Assembly (NCBI GenBank): GCA_002269645.1
Contig: NIVC01003027.1
Span: 1 to 64,000 of the forward strand
Source: Macrostomum lignano
Taxonomy: Eukaryota
Direction of reading: 5' to 3'
Length of the DNA stretch: 64,000 bases
Below the pieces are notes generated by a model that had not been told where the DNA came from, made no database searches, and was given only the letters and a program-made list of their open reading frames with translations. Shown here piece after piece: positions 51,477-64,000 of the stretch. The first letter of the stretch is position 1, and the number at the start of each line of letters is the position of its first letter. The position numbers and the translations under genes were made by a program.

Positions 51477-53110
51477 CTCATAGGCTCAAAAAATCATATT
51501 GTTGAAAACTGATTTAGCAACCACCATCACAAGCTCAAAAACTCACAAGCCAAAAAAACCACATCATCAAAAACTGATTTAGCAACCACCATCACAAGCT
51601 CAAAAACTCATATCGTTGAAAACTGATTTAGCAGCCATTTATTAAAATTATGTAAAAAGTAAACTTCTACTACTATGGTTTGTTTATAAAATAATATTGT
51701 TTTATTCTCCAGTTTTTTAAGCGATTAAGTAAATAGAGCTAGTTAAATTTTTAAGCATCTTATCTCTTAAGTGAAAACAAAACTTAACTTATATAAGGCA
51801 GCATAATACTATATTATTGTACTGTGGTGGAGAGTACACTCTGCCCCCAGACAGTCTGTCCCCCAGCGTCCGGTGCATTGTCTTAGCAGGGATGTGTCAT
51901 CCACCTCTGTGTGGCATAGACCAAGCCAATTTAGTTGACTCAACCTCTGTGGGATCTGCGTGTCTGGGGGCTGGGGGTACAAAGACTCATATCGCGCTGG
52001 CCTACTATAAGGCTCTTTGTATCCCCAATCCATGCTTCACATTTTTTCCACTCTGCAAAATACACTCCATGTGCAATACATAGCAAGTTTTGTCAGTCGC
52101 TACAATACTGTGCTATAATGTAATTTAGATATAAACTTTTTTTCTTTCATTTACTTTGTACTGTACTATAATGTAATTCAGATATAAACTTTCTTTATTT
52201 CATTCACTAAGTTAAGTATAATATAGCTGTATTAATAGTAATAGTTCTGTGACGTGGATATTTCCATTAATAACCTATAGTGTACTATACTATATATAAT
52301 ACTAAATTATAGTTTTCAATGTAGCTATAATAAGAACACATTCAATATACTCAAAAAAGAACAATAGCTTGCAATTCCATAGATAAATGTACTATACAAT
52401 CATAAAGCAGTCCAAAAGATGAAACAAGTGAACAAATTAATGGTAGCTAAATTGTTTGTTATAGTCAATCACCACATAACCTCCACAGGTGGCACAATCC
52501 AATCTGAGGCTGCTGGTCATTTAGCTATCCAGCCATTTTTAGTTGTAGCATGTTATCTTTGTTGTTAGTATTACTTCGTTTTTCAACTACCTTTTCAAAT
52601 GTAGCTTTAGTTGTACTTCCTAATTTGATGATGATGCTTAAAATCAATGATAAAATCAAATCTTAAAACAATGATCCTTAAAATACAAAATTGAGACCAT
52701 TAAATAAACTTGTCAGAGTGGAGCTAGGTTACCAAAGAAGAGTTTAAAAAAGGGCAGTCAGTACAAAGATGCCAGTTTTTGGAAGATTTCTGCCATTGTT
52801 TCAGTCTTCACCATTCTAAGTTTATTTATTATTACCAATTGTCCTTCATACAATACTATTCAAATTTATGTTGTATGGACTAAATTTGTCCTAAAATATC
52901 CAATACAATGTGTTGGTGGCAGCTAAATCAGTTTTTAAAGATGTGATTTTTCATGCTTGTGACTTTTTGAGCTTTTGTTGCTAAACTTTTCGGCGATATG
53001 AGCTAAACTTTTCGACAATGTGAGTTTTTGAGCTTATGACTTTTCAAGCTTGTGATGGAGCCCTGTTTCGATGATTTGATTTTTCGAGCTTGTGATGGCA
53101 ACCCATTTCA
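51477..53110. mobile_element. Possible foldback/MITE-like element with internally repetitive inverted arms (~51477-51640 and ~52915-53110)
   Basis: AAAACTGATTTAGCAACCACC / GGTGGCAGCTAAATCAGTTTT and CACAAGCTCAAAAACTCAC / GTGAGTTTTTGAGCTTATG are reverse-complement matches. No transposase or target-site duplication identified. Confidence 0.4.
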
Positions 53111-53599
53111 ATTGCGCAAATAGCTATTAGATTAGGAAATCTATGCTATTATCTATTGTAGATATAGTGAAACATTTAAAAAATATCTTTTTTGAAAATA
53201 CATAATGTATGTTTACTATATATACTATTTTATAAAGTTCACAGCATAATAACTTAAAGATGCGACCATTTTACTTAATTAAGTTTTTATCAATTTATCA
53301 ATGTAATTAGAACTAAAATAGTTTATTATAAATATATATGGATGAATGCAGTTGTGTTTAAGTAATTAGCCAATTTGTATATTTAAATTAATTTAATTTC
53401 TAGTCAGAGGCTGGAGCATATCTAGGATTTTTTGGAGAAATGGCTGACTTATTTGACCATTTTGATATGCCATAAATGCTACTCCACTAGAAATCTAAGG
53501 TTATAACAATCAAGCATTGTACTCTATTTATGGCTATCCCAGTCAGTATTGCATGTGCTAGTAAATAAACTGATTATTGGCAGCAGTAGCAGCAGCACC

Positions 53600-53921
53600 A
53601 TGCAGGCAGCTCAATCTGGCTGGCCAGCAGCTGTTGCCGCTGCCGCGTCCTCTGCTCCCTCAGCAGCAACAACTAGTGTTACCATGGAGACCAGAGACAA
53701 TTACTCTATAGGCAATGGTCGGGCAATTATGAAAGTGGAGGAAGACGACATAGATGAGGAAGAAGCAGATGATCCGCAGCAGCGGCGAGATCAGGATCCA
53801 GACGATGACGCTGAGGGCGTGTGGAGTCAGGACATCGAGCAGAGCTTCCAAGAGGCGCTGGCCATGTATCCACCTTGTGGGCGGCGGAAAATCATTCTGC
53901 AGGAGGAGGGCAGAATGTATG
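53600..53921 (+). CDS. TEAD: TEAD/scalloped exon 1 (N-terminal half of TEA domain)
   Basis: [42 protein letters not shown] 53600 in ACCATG context. Donor G/GTGAGT at 53921/53922, phase 1. Confidence 0.93.
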
Positions 53922-53944
53922 GTGAGTTGGCTTTATTGCTTAAT

Positions 53945-54560
53945 GGGAATCGCTCCCTTGCTCAGAGGCGAATCGCTCATTTGCTCAGAGGGAATCGCTC
54001 ATTTGCTCAGAGGGGAATCGCTCATTTGCTCAGAGGGGAATCGCTCATTTGCTCAGAGGCGAATCGCTCATTTGCTCAGAGGCGAATCGCTCATTTGCTC
54101 AGAGGCGAATCGCTCATTTGCTCAGAGGCGAATCGCTCATTTGCTCAGAGGCGAATCGCTCATTTGCTCAGAGGCGAATCGCTCATTTGCTCAGAGGGAA
54201 TCGCTCATTTGCTCAGAGGGGAATCGCTCATTTGCTCAGAGGCGAATCGCTCATTTGCTCAGAGGGGAATCGCTCATTTGCTTAGAGGGGAATCGCTCAT
54301 TTGCTCAGAGGGGAATCGCTCATTTGCTCAGAGGGGAATCGCTCATTTGCTCAGAGGGGAATCGCTCATTTGCTCAGAGGCGAATCGCTCATTTGCTTAG
54401 AGGGGAATCGCTCATTTGCTCAGAGGGTAATCGCTCATTTGCTCAGAGGGGAATCGCTCATTTGCTCAGAGGGGAATCGCTCATTTGCTCAGAGGGGAAT
54501 CGCTCATTTGCTCAGAGGGGAATCGCTCATTTGCTTAGAGGGGAATCGCTCATTTACTAA
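53945..54560. repeat. 23-bp minisatellite (AATCGCTCATTTGCTCAGAGGGG)n in TEAD intron 1
   Basis: Direct reading. Confidence 0.96.
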
Positions 54561-55084
54561 GGGGGAATTTATCATTTGCTCAGGGGGAATCTCACTCCTT
54601 GGCAACAGTCTCTGTGCTTCACTCAAAACGCTCTTATCATTGCCGCCCGCCTATATGGCATGGGTCAGAAAGGGAGAATCCTAAAAATATTGTAATCTTG
54701 CGCTATGCGCGGCATTGCACGCCGTGGACTTGAAGATACCCCCCACGCCCACACGTGCCAGAGTTCCTGTGCATTCATTCGCTCACTCATCCGCTGACCA
54801 GAGTGACTGTGCATTCGGCATTGCTGGCCAAAACGTTGAATTCCTAATAACAACTGTACACGCGCACACCTTGTACGCTCCTGTTAAATAACCTGTACCT
54901 TATGTAACTGTAGCTACTGTACTCAGTACTGTACAGTTCCATGCATTATATTGTAGACTCTATAAAAAAACGTATAAAAAGCCTTTTTGGCTTTCCTACA
55001 TGAGAGTCGGAAAATGGATTTATAGACATGCATACATCCTATTCTTTGTGTCAGCAATGTGGAGACTGTGGGTTAGGCCTGTCG

Positions 55085-55115
<31 letters not shown>

Positions 55116-55231
55116 GGGTCTCCTGTCAATATAAAATACTAGCCTACACATAGTGGTGCGCGCACACAGCTTATAGCTCTCTATACTAGTGAGTAGGGGG
55201 GGGTTAAGAAGTTGGCGTGGATGCATTGAAT

Positions 55232-55291
<60 letters not shown>

Positions 55292-55524
55292 CCTTTCCCT
55301 AGCCAGTATGAGGACAGAGTGTTGAGTAGGATCTGCGAGTGCACAGTTATAGAGCTAGCTATTTGGCTGGGGTAGATGCGTCCCTGCATCCCAGCTCTCA
55401 AGCTATTCATTTTTATTCTGCCTGGATTTTCCCGGCTTGTTTTGTTCTCGGGATGGAGAATTTTTTGCTGAATTATATTTCCTTCTAGCTGCTATAGTAT
55501 TGCGGAATCCTTGCTGCTCTTGTA

Positions 55525-56880
55525 GATGGGGCAAGTCTCATAGATGGGGCAAGTCTCATAGATGGCCAAGTCTCATGGATAGACCAAGTCTCATAGATGG
55601 GCCAAGTCTCATAGTTGGGGAAAGTCTCATAGATAGGGCAAGTCTCATAGATAAGGCAAGTCTCATAGATGGGCCAAGTCTCATAGATGGGACAAGTGTC
55701 ATAGATGGCCAAGTCTCATAGATAGACCAAGTCTCATAGATGGGGCAAGTCTCATGGATAGACCAAGTCTCATAGATAGTCTCATAGACATTGGCCCATC
55801 TATCAAGTCTCATAGATGGGCCAAGTCTCATAGATGGGGCAAGTCTCATAGATGGGGCAAGTCTCATAGTTGGGGAAAGTCTCATAGATAGGGCAAGTCT
55901 CATAGATAAGGCAAGTCTCATAGATGGGCCAAGTCTCATAGATGGGACAAGTGTCATAGATGGCCAAGTCTCATAGATAGACCAAGTCTCATAGATGGGG
56001 CAAGTCTCATGGATAGACCAAGTCTCATAGATAGTCTCATAGACATTGGCCCATCTATCAAGTCTCATAGATGGGCCAAGTCTCATAGATGGGGCAAGTC
56101 TCATAGATGGGGCAAGTCTCATAGATGGGGCAAGTCTCATAGATGGGGCAAGTCTCATAGATGGGGCAAGTCTCATAGATGGGCCAAGTCTCATAGATGG
56201 GCCAAGTCTCATAGATAGACCAAGTCTCATAGATGGGCCAAGTCTCATAGATAGACCAAGTCTCATAGATGGGGCAAGTCTCATAGATAAGGCAAGTCTC
56301 ATAGATGGGACAAGTGTCATAGATGGCCAAGTCTCATAGATGGGCCAAGTCTCATAGATGGGACAAGTGTCATAGATGGCCAAGTCTCATAGATAGACCA
56401 AGTCTCATAGATGGGGCAAGTCTCATGGATAGACCAAGTCTCATAGATAGTCTCATAGACATTGGCCCATCTATCAAGTCTCATAGATAGGGCAAGTCTC
56501 ATAGATAAGGCAAGTCTCATAGATGGGACAAGTGTCATAGATGGCCAAGTCTCATAGATGGGCCAAGTCTCATAGTTGGGGAAAGTCTCATAGATAGGGC
56601 AAGTCTCATAGTTGGGGAAAGTCTCATAGATAGGGCAAGTCTCATAGATAGGGCAAGTCTCATAGATAAGGCAAGTCTCATAGATGGGGCAAGTCTCATA
56701 GATGGGGCAAGTCTCATAGATAGGGCAAGTCTCATAAATGGGCAAGTCTCATAGATGGGGCAAGTCTCATAGATGGGGCAAGTCTCATAGATGGGGCAAG
56801 TCTCATAGATGGGGCAAGTCTCATAGATGGGGCAAGTCTCATAGATGGGGCAAGTCTCATAGATGGGCAAAACTCACAGA
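55525..56880. repeat. ~18-bp minisatellite (GGCAAGTCTCATAGATGG)n with higher-order blocks in TEAD intron 1
   Basis: Direct reading. Confidence 0.96.
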
Positions 56881-56944
56881 TGGGACAGGCAAGGCAAGCC
56901 AAAGAACAGGGTTTCAGAGCAACAATCCGACTGCATTTGCCCAG

Positions 56945-57599
56945 GTCGCAACGAGCTGATAGCACGCTACATCCGGCTCCGCACCGGCAAGACTCGCACG
57001 CGAAAGCAGGTGTCCAGTCACATCCAGGTGCTGGCCAGGCGCAGAACAAAAGAGGTGCAGAGCAACATCCGGGATCCGGCTACTAAAGAGCGGGCTATGC
57101 AAACTCTTAGCCAGTTGAGCTCCGCCCAGATTGTTAGCGCCGGTCTGGCTCCGGCTTCTACTAGGGGACAACAGCAGCAACAGCAACATCAGCCAGAGCC
57201 AGCATCAACAACAGTAGTCTCAGAATCTCTGGAGCCAGATTCTCCCGTGTCCATTGCCGGGCCTCGGCTTCGATTGCGAGAATTGATCGCTTTCGTTGAA
57301 GCTCCAGCATTGGCTGATCCGGCCGACTCGAGCCAGCAGCAGCAACAGCAGCGTCGGGTTTGCCCCGACCAGCGCCATTTGTTTGCCAGCCTGACGGCCG
57401 CCTCCGCCGACGCCGCTCCGCCGCCCCTGGAATGCGTCGACGTGTCGCAGATTGCCGACAAATTTCCCGAGCGTCGTGGCGGCCTGCGCGACTTTCTGGA
57501 GTCCGGACCGGACGGGGCCGCCTATCTGGTGAAGTTCTGGGCGGATATTAATACACCTATCCCGGATGAGGCTGGCGCTTTCTACGGATTCGGGACCAC
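56945..57599 (+). CDS. TEAD: TEAD/scalloped exon 2 (rest of TEA domain, linker, start of YAP-binding domain)
   Basis: RNELIARYIRLRTGKTRTRKQVSSHIQVLARR ... IADKFPERRGGLRDFLESGP ... YLVKFWADIN ... AFYG. Acceptor TTTGCCCAG ends 56944. Donor AC/GTGAGC at 57599/57600, phase 2. Confidence 0.96.
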
Positions 57600-57689
57600 G
57601 TGAGCTGCCGGCTTTCATTCATATGGGCTAGTATCCTTTCTCAGCTCATTGGCTAATCTCACTCTGTGTTGATCTATTCTCAGTTCATT

Positions 57690-57900
57690 TAATATCAAAT
57701 CTCACCCAGTGTTGATCTATGCTCAGCTCATTTGACATCTATCTCATCCTGTGTTGATCTATTCTCAGCTAATTTGACATCTATCTCATCCTGTGTTGAT
57801 CTATTCTCAGCTAATTTGACATCTATCTCATCCTGTGTTGATCTATTCTCAGCTAATTTGACATCTATCTCATCCTGTGTTAATCTATTCTCAGCTCATT
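57690..57900. repeat. 42-bp minisatellite, ~5 units, TEAD intron 2
   Basis: 14-aa periodicity in ORF 57732..57926. Confidence 0.9.
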
Positions 57901-58599
57901 TAATATCCAATCAAAGCCTGTGTTGATTTGTTTATTCGAGCTTATTTAACACCCAATCTATTTTTATTGGAGTTAATTCATTCTCACCCTATACTGGTCT
58001 ATTCTCAGCTCATTTCAAATCCAATCCCATCCATCGAATATTACTACCTGAGCTCATCAGTTGGCATCTAATTTGCGTAATAAGTCTCTCGTCTCTATGC
58101 CGCCGCCTCCATATTTCACACAGAAATAGCTGAAGCGTGCTTCCCTCTGTTTTTTGAAAAAAAACCAGAGAATCGTTTTTGCTTGCTGCTCCTGGTTGTG
58201 GCGGCTCAGCAGCAGAGAAATCCATACTGTAGGGCAAATAGGCAGTGACGTTGGCGTAGGTAAGGTAAAGGGAAGTGGAGAAGACCTCTAGAAGCAACTC
58301 AATCAATACCAGCTTTGTAGATGCAAAGGTTGGTGTAGTAAGAGCTAGAAATTTCTCTCCATGTTTATTAGGCTGTTTATTCAGTAGGGAAACATTGCCA
58401 GCTAAAAGTCTGAGGGACAATAAAGCAGGAAGAAATGAAGGATGAATGAGAGGATGGGACTGACTATTAATTTTTTGTCTCTAGCCTGAGTATGAAAGAG
58501 AGTATCATCGTCCCCCATTAAATCGGGTTTAAGACTTGCGCTCCAATTGCATCTATAGCACTTTCTATCTATTCCACTATTTGTATTTTACTGATTTTA

Positions 58600-58912
<313 letters not shown>

Positions 58913-58955
58913 ATAGCTTACAAGGATTTTATTCGCTTCATTCCTCCGTCTCAAG

Positions 58956-59193
58956 GTACGAAAGTACAGAGCGTCTAACGCTTTCCTGCTCAACTAAAGT
59001 GTGCTCATTCGGCCGGCAAGTAGTTGAGAAAGTTGAGAAGCATATTGGTCCTAGGCTCGAGTCTGGCCGCTACGTATATCAAAGCGATCGAAGCCCGATG
59101 TGCGAGTACATGGTGAACTTTATTACTAAGTTGCGGCAGCTACCGGAAAAGTACATGATGAATACTGTGTTGGAAAATTTTACTATTCTTCAG
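58956..59193 (+). CDS. TEAD: TEAD/scalloped exon 3 (YAP-binding domain)
   Basis: [27 protein letters not shown]...[35 protein letters not shown]. Acceptor TTCCTCCGTCTCAAG ends 58955. Donor CAG/GTGAGA, phase 0. Confidence 0.96.
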
Positions 59194-59269
59194 GTGAGAA
59201 CTTGACTAGTATATGTTCCCATCTATTATTTACCCCTTGTCTAACAGTGAGCTCACACCTCACACCATT

Positions 59270-60195
59270 ACCTATATCAGAGTGAGTTCACATCTATATC
59301 AGAGTGAGTTCACATCTATGTAAGAGTGAGTTCACACCTATATCAGAGTAAGTTCACACCTTATATCAGAGTGATTTCACACCTATATCAGAGTGAGTTC
59401 ACCTATATAAGCGTGAGTTCACATCTATACCTATATCAGAGTGAGTTCACACCTATATCAGAGTGAGTTCACACCTTATATCAGAGTGATTTCACACCTA
59501 TATCAGAGTGAGTTCACCTATATAAGCGTGAGTTCACATCTATACCTATATCAGAGTGACTTCACACCTATATCAGAGTGAGTTCACCTATATAAGCGTG
59601 AGTTCACATCTATACCTATATCAGAGTGAGTTCACACCTATATCAGAGTGAGTTCACACCTTATATCAGAGTGATTTCACACCTATATCAGAGTGAGTTC
59701 ACCTATATAAGCGTGAGTTCACATCTATACCTATATCAGAGTGAGTTCACACCTATATCAGAGTGAGTTCACCTATATAAGCGTGAGTTCACACCTATAT
59801 CAGAGTGATTTCACACCTATATCAGAGTGAGTTCACACCTATATCAGAGTGATTTCACACCTATATCAGAGTGAGTTCACACCTATATCAGAGTGAATTC
59901 ACACCTATATCAGAGTGAGTTCACACCTATATCAGAGTGAATTCACACCTATATCAGAGTGAGTTCACACCTATATCAGAGTGATTTCACACCTATATCA
60001 GAGTGAGTTCACACCTATATCAGAGTGAGTTCACACCTATATCAGAGTGAGTTCACACCTATATCAGAGTGAATTCACACCTATATCAGAGTGAGTTCAC
60101 ACCTATATCAGAGTGAGTTCACACCTATATCAGAGTGAGTTCACACCTATATCAGAGTGAGTTCACACCTATATCAGAGTGAGTTCACACCTACA
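59270..60195. repeat. ~22-bp minisatellite (AGAGTGAGTTCACACCTATATC)n filling TEAD intron 3
   Basis: Direct reading, ~40 units. Confidence 0.96.
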
Positions 60196-60222
60196 TGTAT
60201 ATGAGTGATCTCACACCCGCAG

Positions 60223-60330
60223 GTGATCAATTGCGAATCGAGCGGCGACTCCCTGCTCTGCATTGCTTACGTATTCGAAGTGTCCTCAGGCGCGGCTCAG
60301 CATCACGTTTACCGGCTTAGCAGAGGCTAA
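60223..60330 (+). CDS. TEAD: TEAD/scalloped exon 4 (C-terminus)
   Basis: VINCESSGDSLLCIAYVFEVSSGAAQHHVYRLSRG* matches the TEAD C-terminus (LLC..VFEVS....AQHH.YRL). Acceptor CCCGCAG ends 60222; TAA 60328-60330. Not in the ORF track. Confidence 0.95.
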   Translation: MINCESSGDSLLCIAYVFEVSSGAAQHHVYRLSRG

Positions 60331-60921
60331 TAAATATTCGGCCTTTAAACTGTATTTTCTATTAATTAAAATTTAATAGACTCTCATCAAGCAGTTGCTG
60401 TTAATGCTAGCACGGTCTCTTATTAATTTAGCTAGCTTGCTACCTGTAGCTACCTAATAGTATGTTTGTCTCAGTGCCTTCCTACATTTTTTAACTTTTA
60501 ACAACACTGTCGCTAATGTTTTTTTTATATACACAGGGTAAAACCGTACGCTATGCTTCCAATATATTGTCATCCAGTGCCTTGCTGACTATCTCTTAGC
60601 TGTCTGACTTGATTTCTTTGTTCAATTAATTTTTGTTTAAAACAGCTCTTTTTATATAAAAAAACTTGTTCGTCTTTAAAACTGTTACACCATATCGTTG
60701 CTCTGTGTCTTCCCAAGTTTTTATTGAAACAAATTAGGGTGCTTTCTGTCCTTAGTTCTTATCAGAATACTTCAAATTTGTCAGGTTAATTGTGCGCAAC
60801 ATTTTTCCAACACGAGTATAGTGTAGTTAAAATATTCAACTCTTCAACTGTTCTCTGAGGCTTTCAGATCCTTCTTTTAAGATTCTAGTCCTTTAGAATC
60901 TGTTAAATCCCTTTTTTGGGT

Positions 60922-62122
60922 GTTTGTCGATTCCTCAAGAATCCCAGAGAATCTGTTGGGATCCCATTTCTGGTTGTCGATTCCTCAAGAATCCCAGAGA
61001 ATCTGTTGGGATCCCATTTCTGGTTGTCGATTCCTCAAGAATCCCAGAGAATCTGTTGGGATCCCATTTCTGGTGTCGATTCCTCAAGAATGCCAGAGAA
61101 TCTGTTGGGATCCATTTCTGGTGTCGATTCCTCAAGAATCCCAGAGAATCTGTTGGGATCCCATTTCTGGTTGTCGATTCCTCAAGAATCCCAGAGAATC
61201 TGTTGGGATCCCATTTCTGGTTGTCGATTCCTCAAGAATCCCAGAGAATCTGTTGGGATCCCATTTCTGGTTGTCGATTCCTCAAGAATCCCAGAGAATC
61301 TGTTGGGATCCCATTTCTGGTGTCGATTCCTCAAGAATCCCAGAGAATTCATTGGGATCCCATTTCTGGTTGTCGATTCCTCAAGAATCCCAGAGAATTC
61401 ATTGGGATCCCATTTCTGGTGTCGATTCCTCAAGAATCCCAGAGAATCTGTTGGGATCCCATTTCTGGTGTCGATTCCTCAAGAATCCCAGAGAATCTGT
61501 TGGGATCCCATTTCTGGTGTCGATTCCTCAAGAATCCCAGAGAATCTGTTGGGATCCCATTTCTGGTGTCGATTCCTCAAGAATCCCAGAGAATCTGTTG
61601 GGATCCCATTTCTGGTGTCGATTCCTCAAGAATCCCAGAGAATCTGTTGGGATCCCATTTCTGGTGTCGATTCCCAAGAATCCCAGAGAATCTGTTGGGA
61701 TCCCATTTCTGATGTCGATTCCTCAAGAATCCCAGAGAATCTGTTGGGATCTCATTTCTGGTGTCGATTCCTCAAGAATCCCAGAGAATCTGTTGGGATC
61801 TCATTTCTGGTGTCGATTCCTCAAGAATCCCAGAGAATCTGTTGGGATCCCATTTCTGGTGTCGATTCCCCAAGAATCCCAGAGAATCTGTTGGGATCCC
61901 ATTTCTGATGTCGATTCCTCAAGAATCCCAGAGAATCTGTTGGGATCTCATTTCTGGTGTCGATTCCTCAAGAATCCCAGAGAATCTGTTGGGATCTCAT
62001 TTCTGGTGTCGATTCCTCAAGAATCCCAGAGAATCTGTTGGGATCTCATTTCTGGTGTCGATTCCTCAAGAATCCCAGAGAATCTGTTGGGATCTCATTT
62101 CTGGTGTCGATTCCTCAAGAAC
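60922..62122. repeat. 49-50-bp minisatellite (GTCGATTCCTCAAGAATCCCAGAGAATCTGTTGGGATCCCATTTCTGGT)n
   Basis: Direct reading; contains GGGATCCC palindrome and GATTC/GAATC inverted pair. Confidence 0.96.
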
Positions 62123-63046
62123 CCCGAAGCAGAAATCAGTCTACAAAAATTTTCCTGAAATTTTCTACGACTATCTACAGATACTACTTACAGTACTGTA
62201 TTTTGATCTAGCTTTTAGTAGGCTCTGCGAGTTCTCAAAGTCGTCATTCTGGTCGCACAAGCCTACAGTGTGATATCTATATATAATTATTATGAGCAGG
62301 AGCAGAATAGCATATGTGTAAGTAATGATAGATAATTTATATACATTAATATTACGCGCCTGTTGCATAGAAATTAGTTTTACAATTAATTTACTACTCA
62401 AACTGATTGAGTATATGCCTAACACACATACGGTTCTGATTGCAAGCAGTGGCTCTTCATTTTGTATTAAATGGTTTTTTTTCTTTCGCATCGCGCCTTC
62501 GCTAACTCTAATCTGCTTGCTTGTAAAGAATTTCATTCAATTGAGAAAATTAAATCATTTTTTGGTTATACATTTAGTTAGTTGCGCTTTTTTTTAGCCA
62601 CTTTATTGCTGATTAAAATGATTTTTTGGCGATGGGTGTCTGGAAAGCAGTGTTACGAAAAGAGACGGTTAGTTGATTGAATAAAGCAACTCGCTCAATC
62701 AAAATGACACCAAATTTTGCACCCACCCTAAACTCACTACGGAGTGTCTTGGGCTACCTAAAATTTCCTAAATTAAAATGCTTCCTGTCTAAAAGGGAAA
62801 AATCCTCCATAGCGTTGCTTCACTTTACCAATCCTATTCAAATTTGACACAAAAATCTTCAACTATTTTGGTCATTAATTCTGAACGGCGCTGTGCACTT
62901 TTAAAGTTGGCTTGTTTTTTTTTCAGAGCGACAACCACCCCAACCTTTGCTTGGCTCCTTCCTTATCTGGCCAGATGTGTAAAATCTTGCAACTTTCTTT
63001 CGCACGCATTCGCTGTCTATGACCAAAACCAAGACAGTAAACGACA

Positions 63047-63360
63047 CACACACACACACACTCTCTCTCCCTCTCTCTCTACCCTCTCTCCTCTCTCTCC
63101 CTCTCTCTCTACTCTCTCTCCCTCTCTCTCCTCTCTCTCTACTCTCTCTCTCTACTCTCTCTCTCTCTCTCTCTCTCTACTCTCTCTCTTCCTCTCTCTC
63201 TCTACTCTCTCTCCTCTCTCTCCCTCTCTACTCTCTCTCCTCTCCCTCTCTCTCTCTACTCTCTCTCCCTCTCTCTCCTCTCTCTCTACTCTCTCCTCTC
63301 CCTCTCTCTCTCCTCTCTCTCTCCCTCTCTACTCTCTCTCCTCTCTCTCTCCCTCTCTCA
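63047..63360. repeat. (CA)n then (CT)n-rich low-complexity tract
   Basis: Direct reading. Confidence 0.95.
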
Positions 63361-64000
63361 GTGGAACCAATTGTGTGGGCCCTGCGGTTTTTACTAACAA
63401 TGAGCTTCGATCAAAAGTAGCACTACTTTCCGGACGTCCCTCGTACTTTTTTTTAAGATGACGCGTATTTCTGCTTTTCTCCATCCAATTATTACAGATT
63501 CTTAAGAGATGAGAAACTCCCTTGAAATTAGCGCATTGGATTTTATTTGTACTCTTGAATGCTGCGTGATTTTTTAAGGAAAAAACTGCACAATTGTCTT
63601 TGCTTTTTGAGTTTTATTTTGTTTGTTTGTTTGCGTCCATTTTTTCGTCGCGTTAAGTTGGGACCCAGTCTTGTCTGTTAACCCTCTTTGTAGGACTCTT
63701 TTTGTTTAAAATATATAGTGAGAACCTCTGCAATTTTTTAAGTGTTCGTCTTTTTTTCGCTTTTTAATATTATTTCTATTTTTAAATCCGATTTAGCTCC
63801 CGTGAGGAGAGTCAAATTGCTAGTCTAATATACTAAGAATTTCGTTTCTACAAATTAAATGAGGAACTATTTTAGTAAATGAAGCATAACACAAAGCTAA
63901 TTTAGCCAAATTATCAATGAGAAAATTTGGTTACCTGAAAATCCCTCAAATATTCCTTAATAAGATTCCCTATTCCCTGAGATCCAATGCCCAGGACTTT

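Noticed and set aside
53507-53599. In-frame non-AUG (TTG 53549) extension of TEAD, reminiscent of non-AUG starts in vertebrate TEADs
   Set aside because: A good-context ATG exists at 53600 and the extension shows no recognisable conservation; needs Ribo-seq.
53922-54400. TEAD exon 1 frame reading on into the 23-bp array (ORF 53549..54400), and ORF 56863 extending upstream of exon 2
   Set aside because: Read-through into intron 1; canonical donor and acceptor at 53922 and 56944 restore the TEA domain.
60329-60334. AATAAA overlapping the TEAD stop codon
   Set aside because: AT-rich context makes the hexamer common, and a near-zero 3'UTR is unlikely without 3'-end data.

Overview
Eukaryotic (animal) genomic DNA, roughly 40% tandem repeat, with spliced genes. 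The style (minisatellite-filled introns, poly-Q/poly-A proteins, GATA/GACA microsatellites, RTE-like RT relics) suggests a free-living flatworm such as Macrostomum, but this is inference and not provable here. Three protein-coding genes are supported: (1) a two-exon Hox1/labial gene on the minus strand, join(23420..24362, 11725..12230), 482 aa; (2) a single-coding-exon, divergent N-terminal RASSF-like (RASSF9/10-type) gene, 32236..33516 +; (3) a four-exon TEAD/scalloped gene, join(53600..53921, 56945..57599, 58956..59193, 60223..60330) +, 440 aa. Splice sites and phases were checked by hand. Also present: a dead RTE-like reverse-transcriptase fragment, a minimal type I hammerhead ribozyme of the Penelope-associated kind (43881..43921, minus), a near-identical 3.3 kb tandem duplication, about 30 tandem arrays, clusters of Hox/Pbx/Meis-type sites around Hox1, and an AT-rich block upstream of TEAD with hairpins, inverted repeats and a TACATGTA cluster. 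Almost all long ORFs in the supplied track are translations of tandem repeats. No rRNA, tRNA or CRISPR array was recognised. Array boundaries are approximate (about +/-20 bp).
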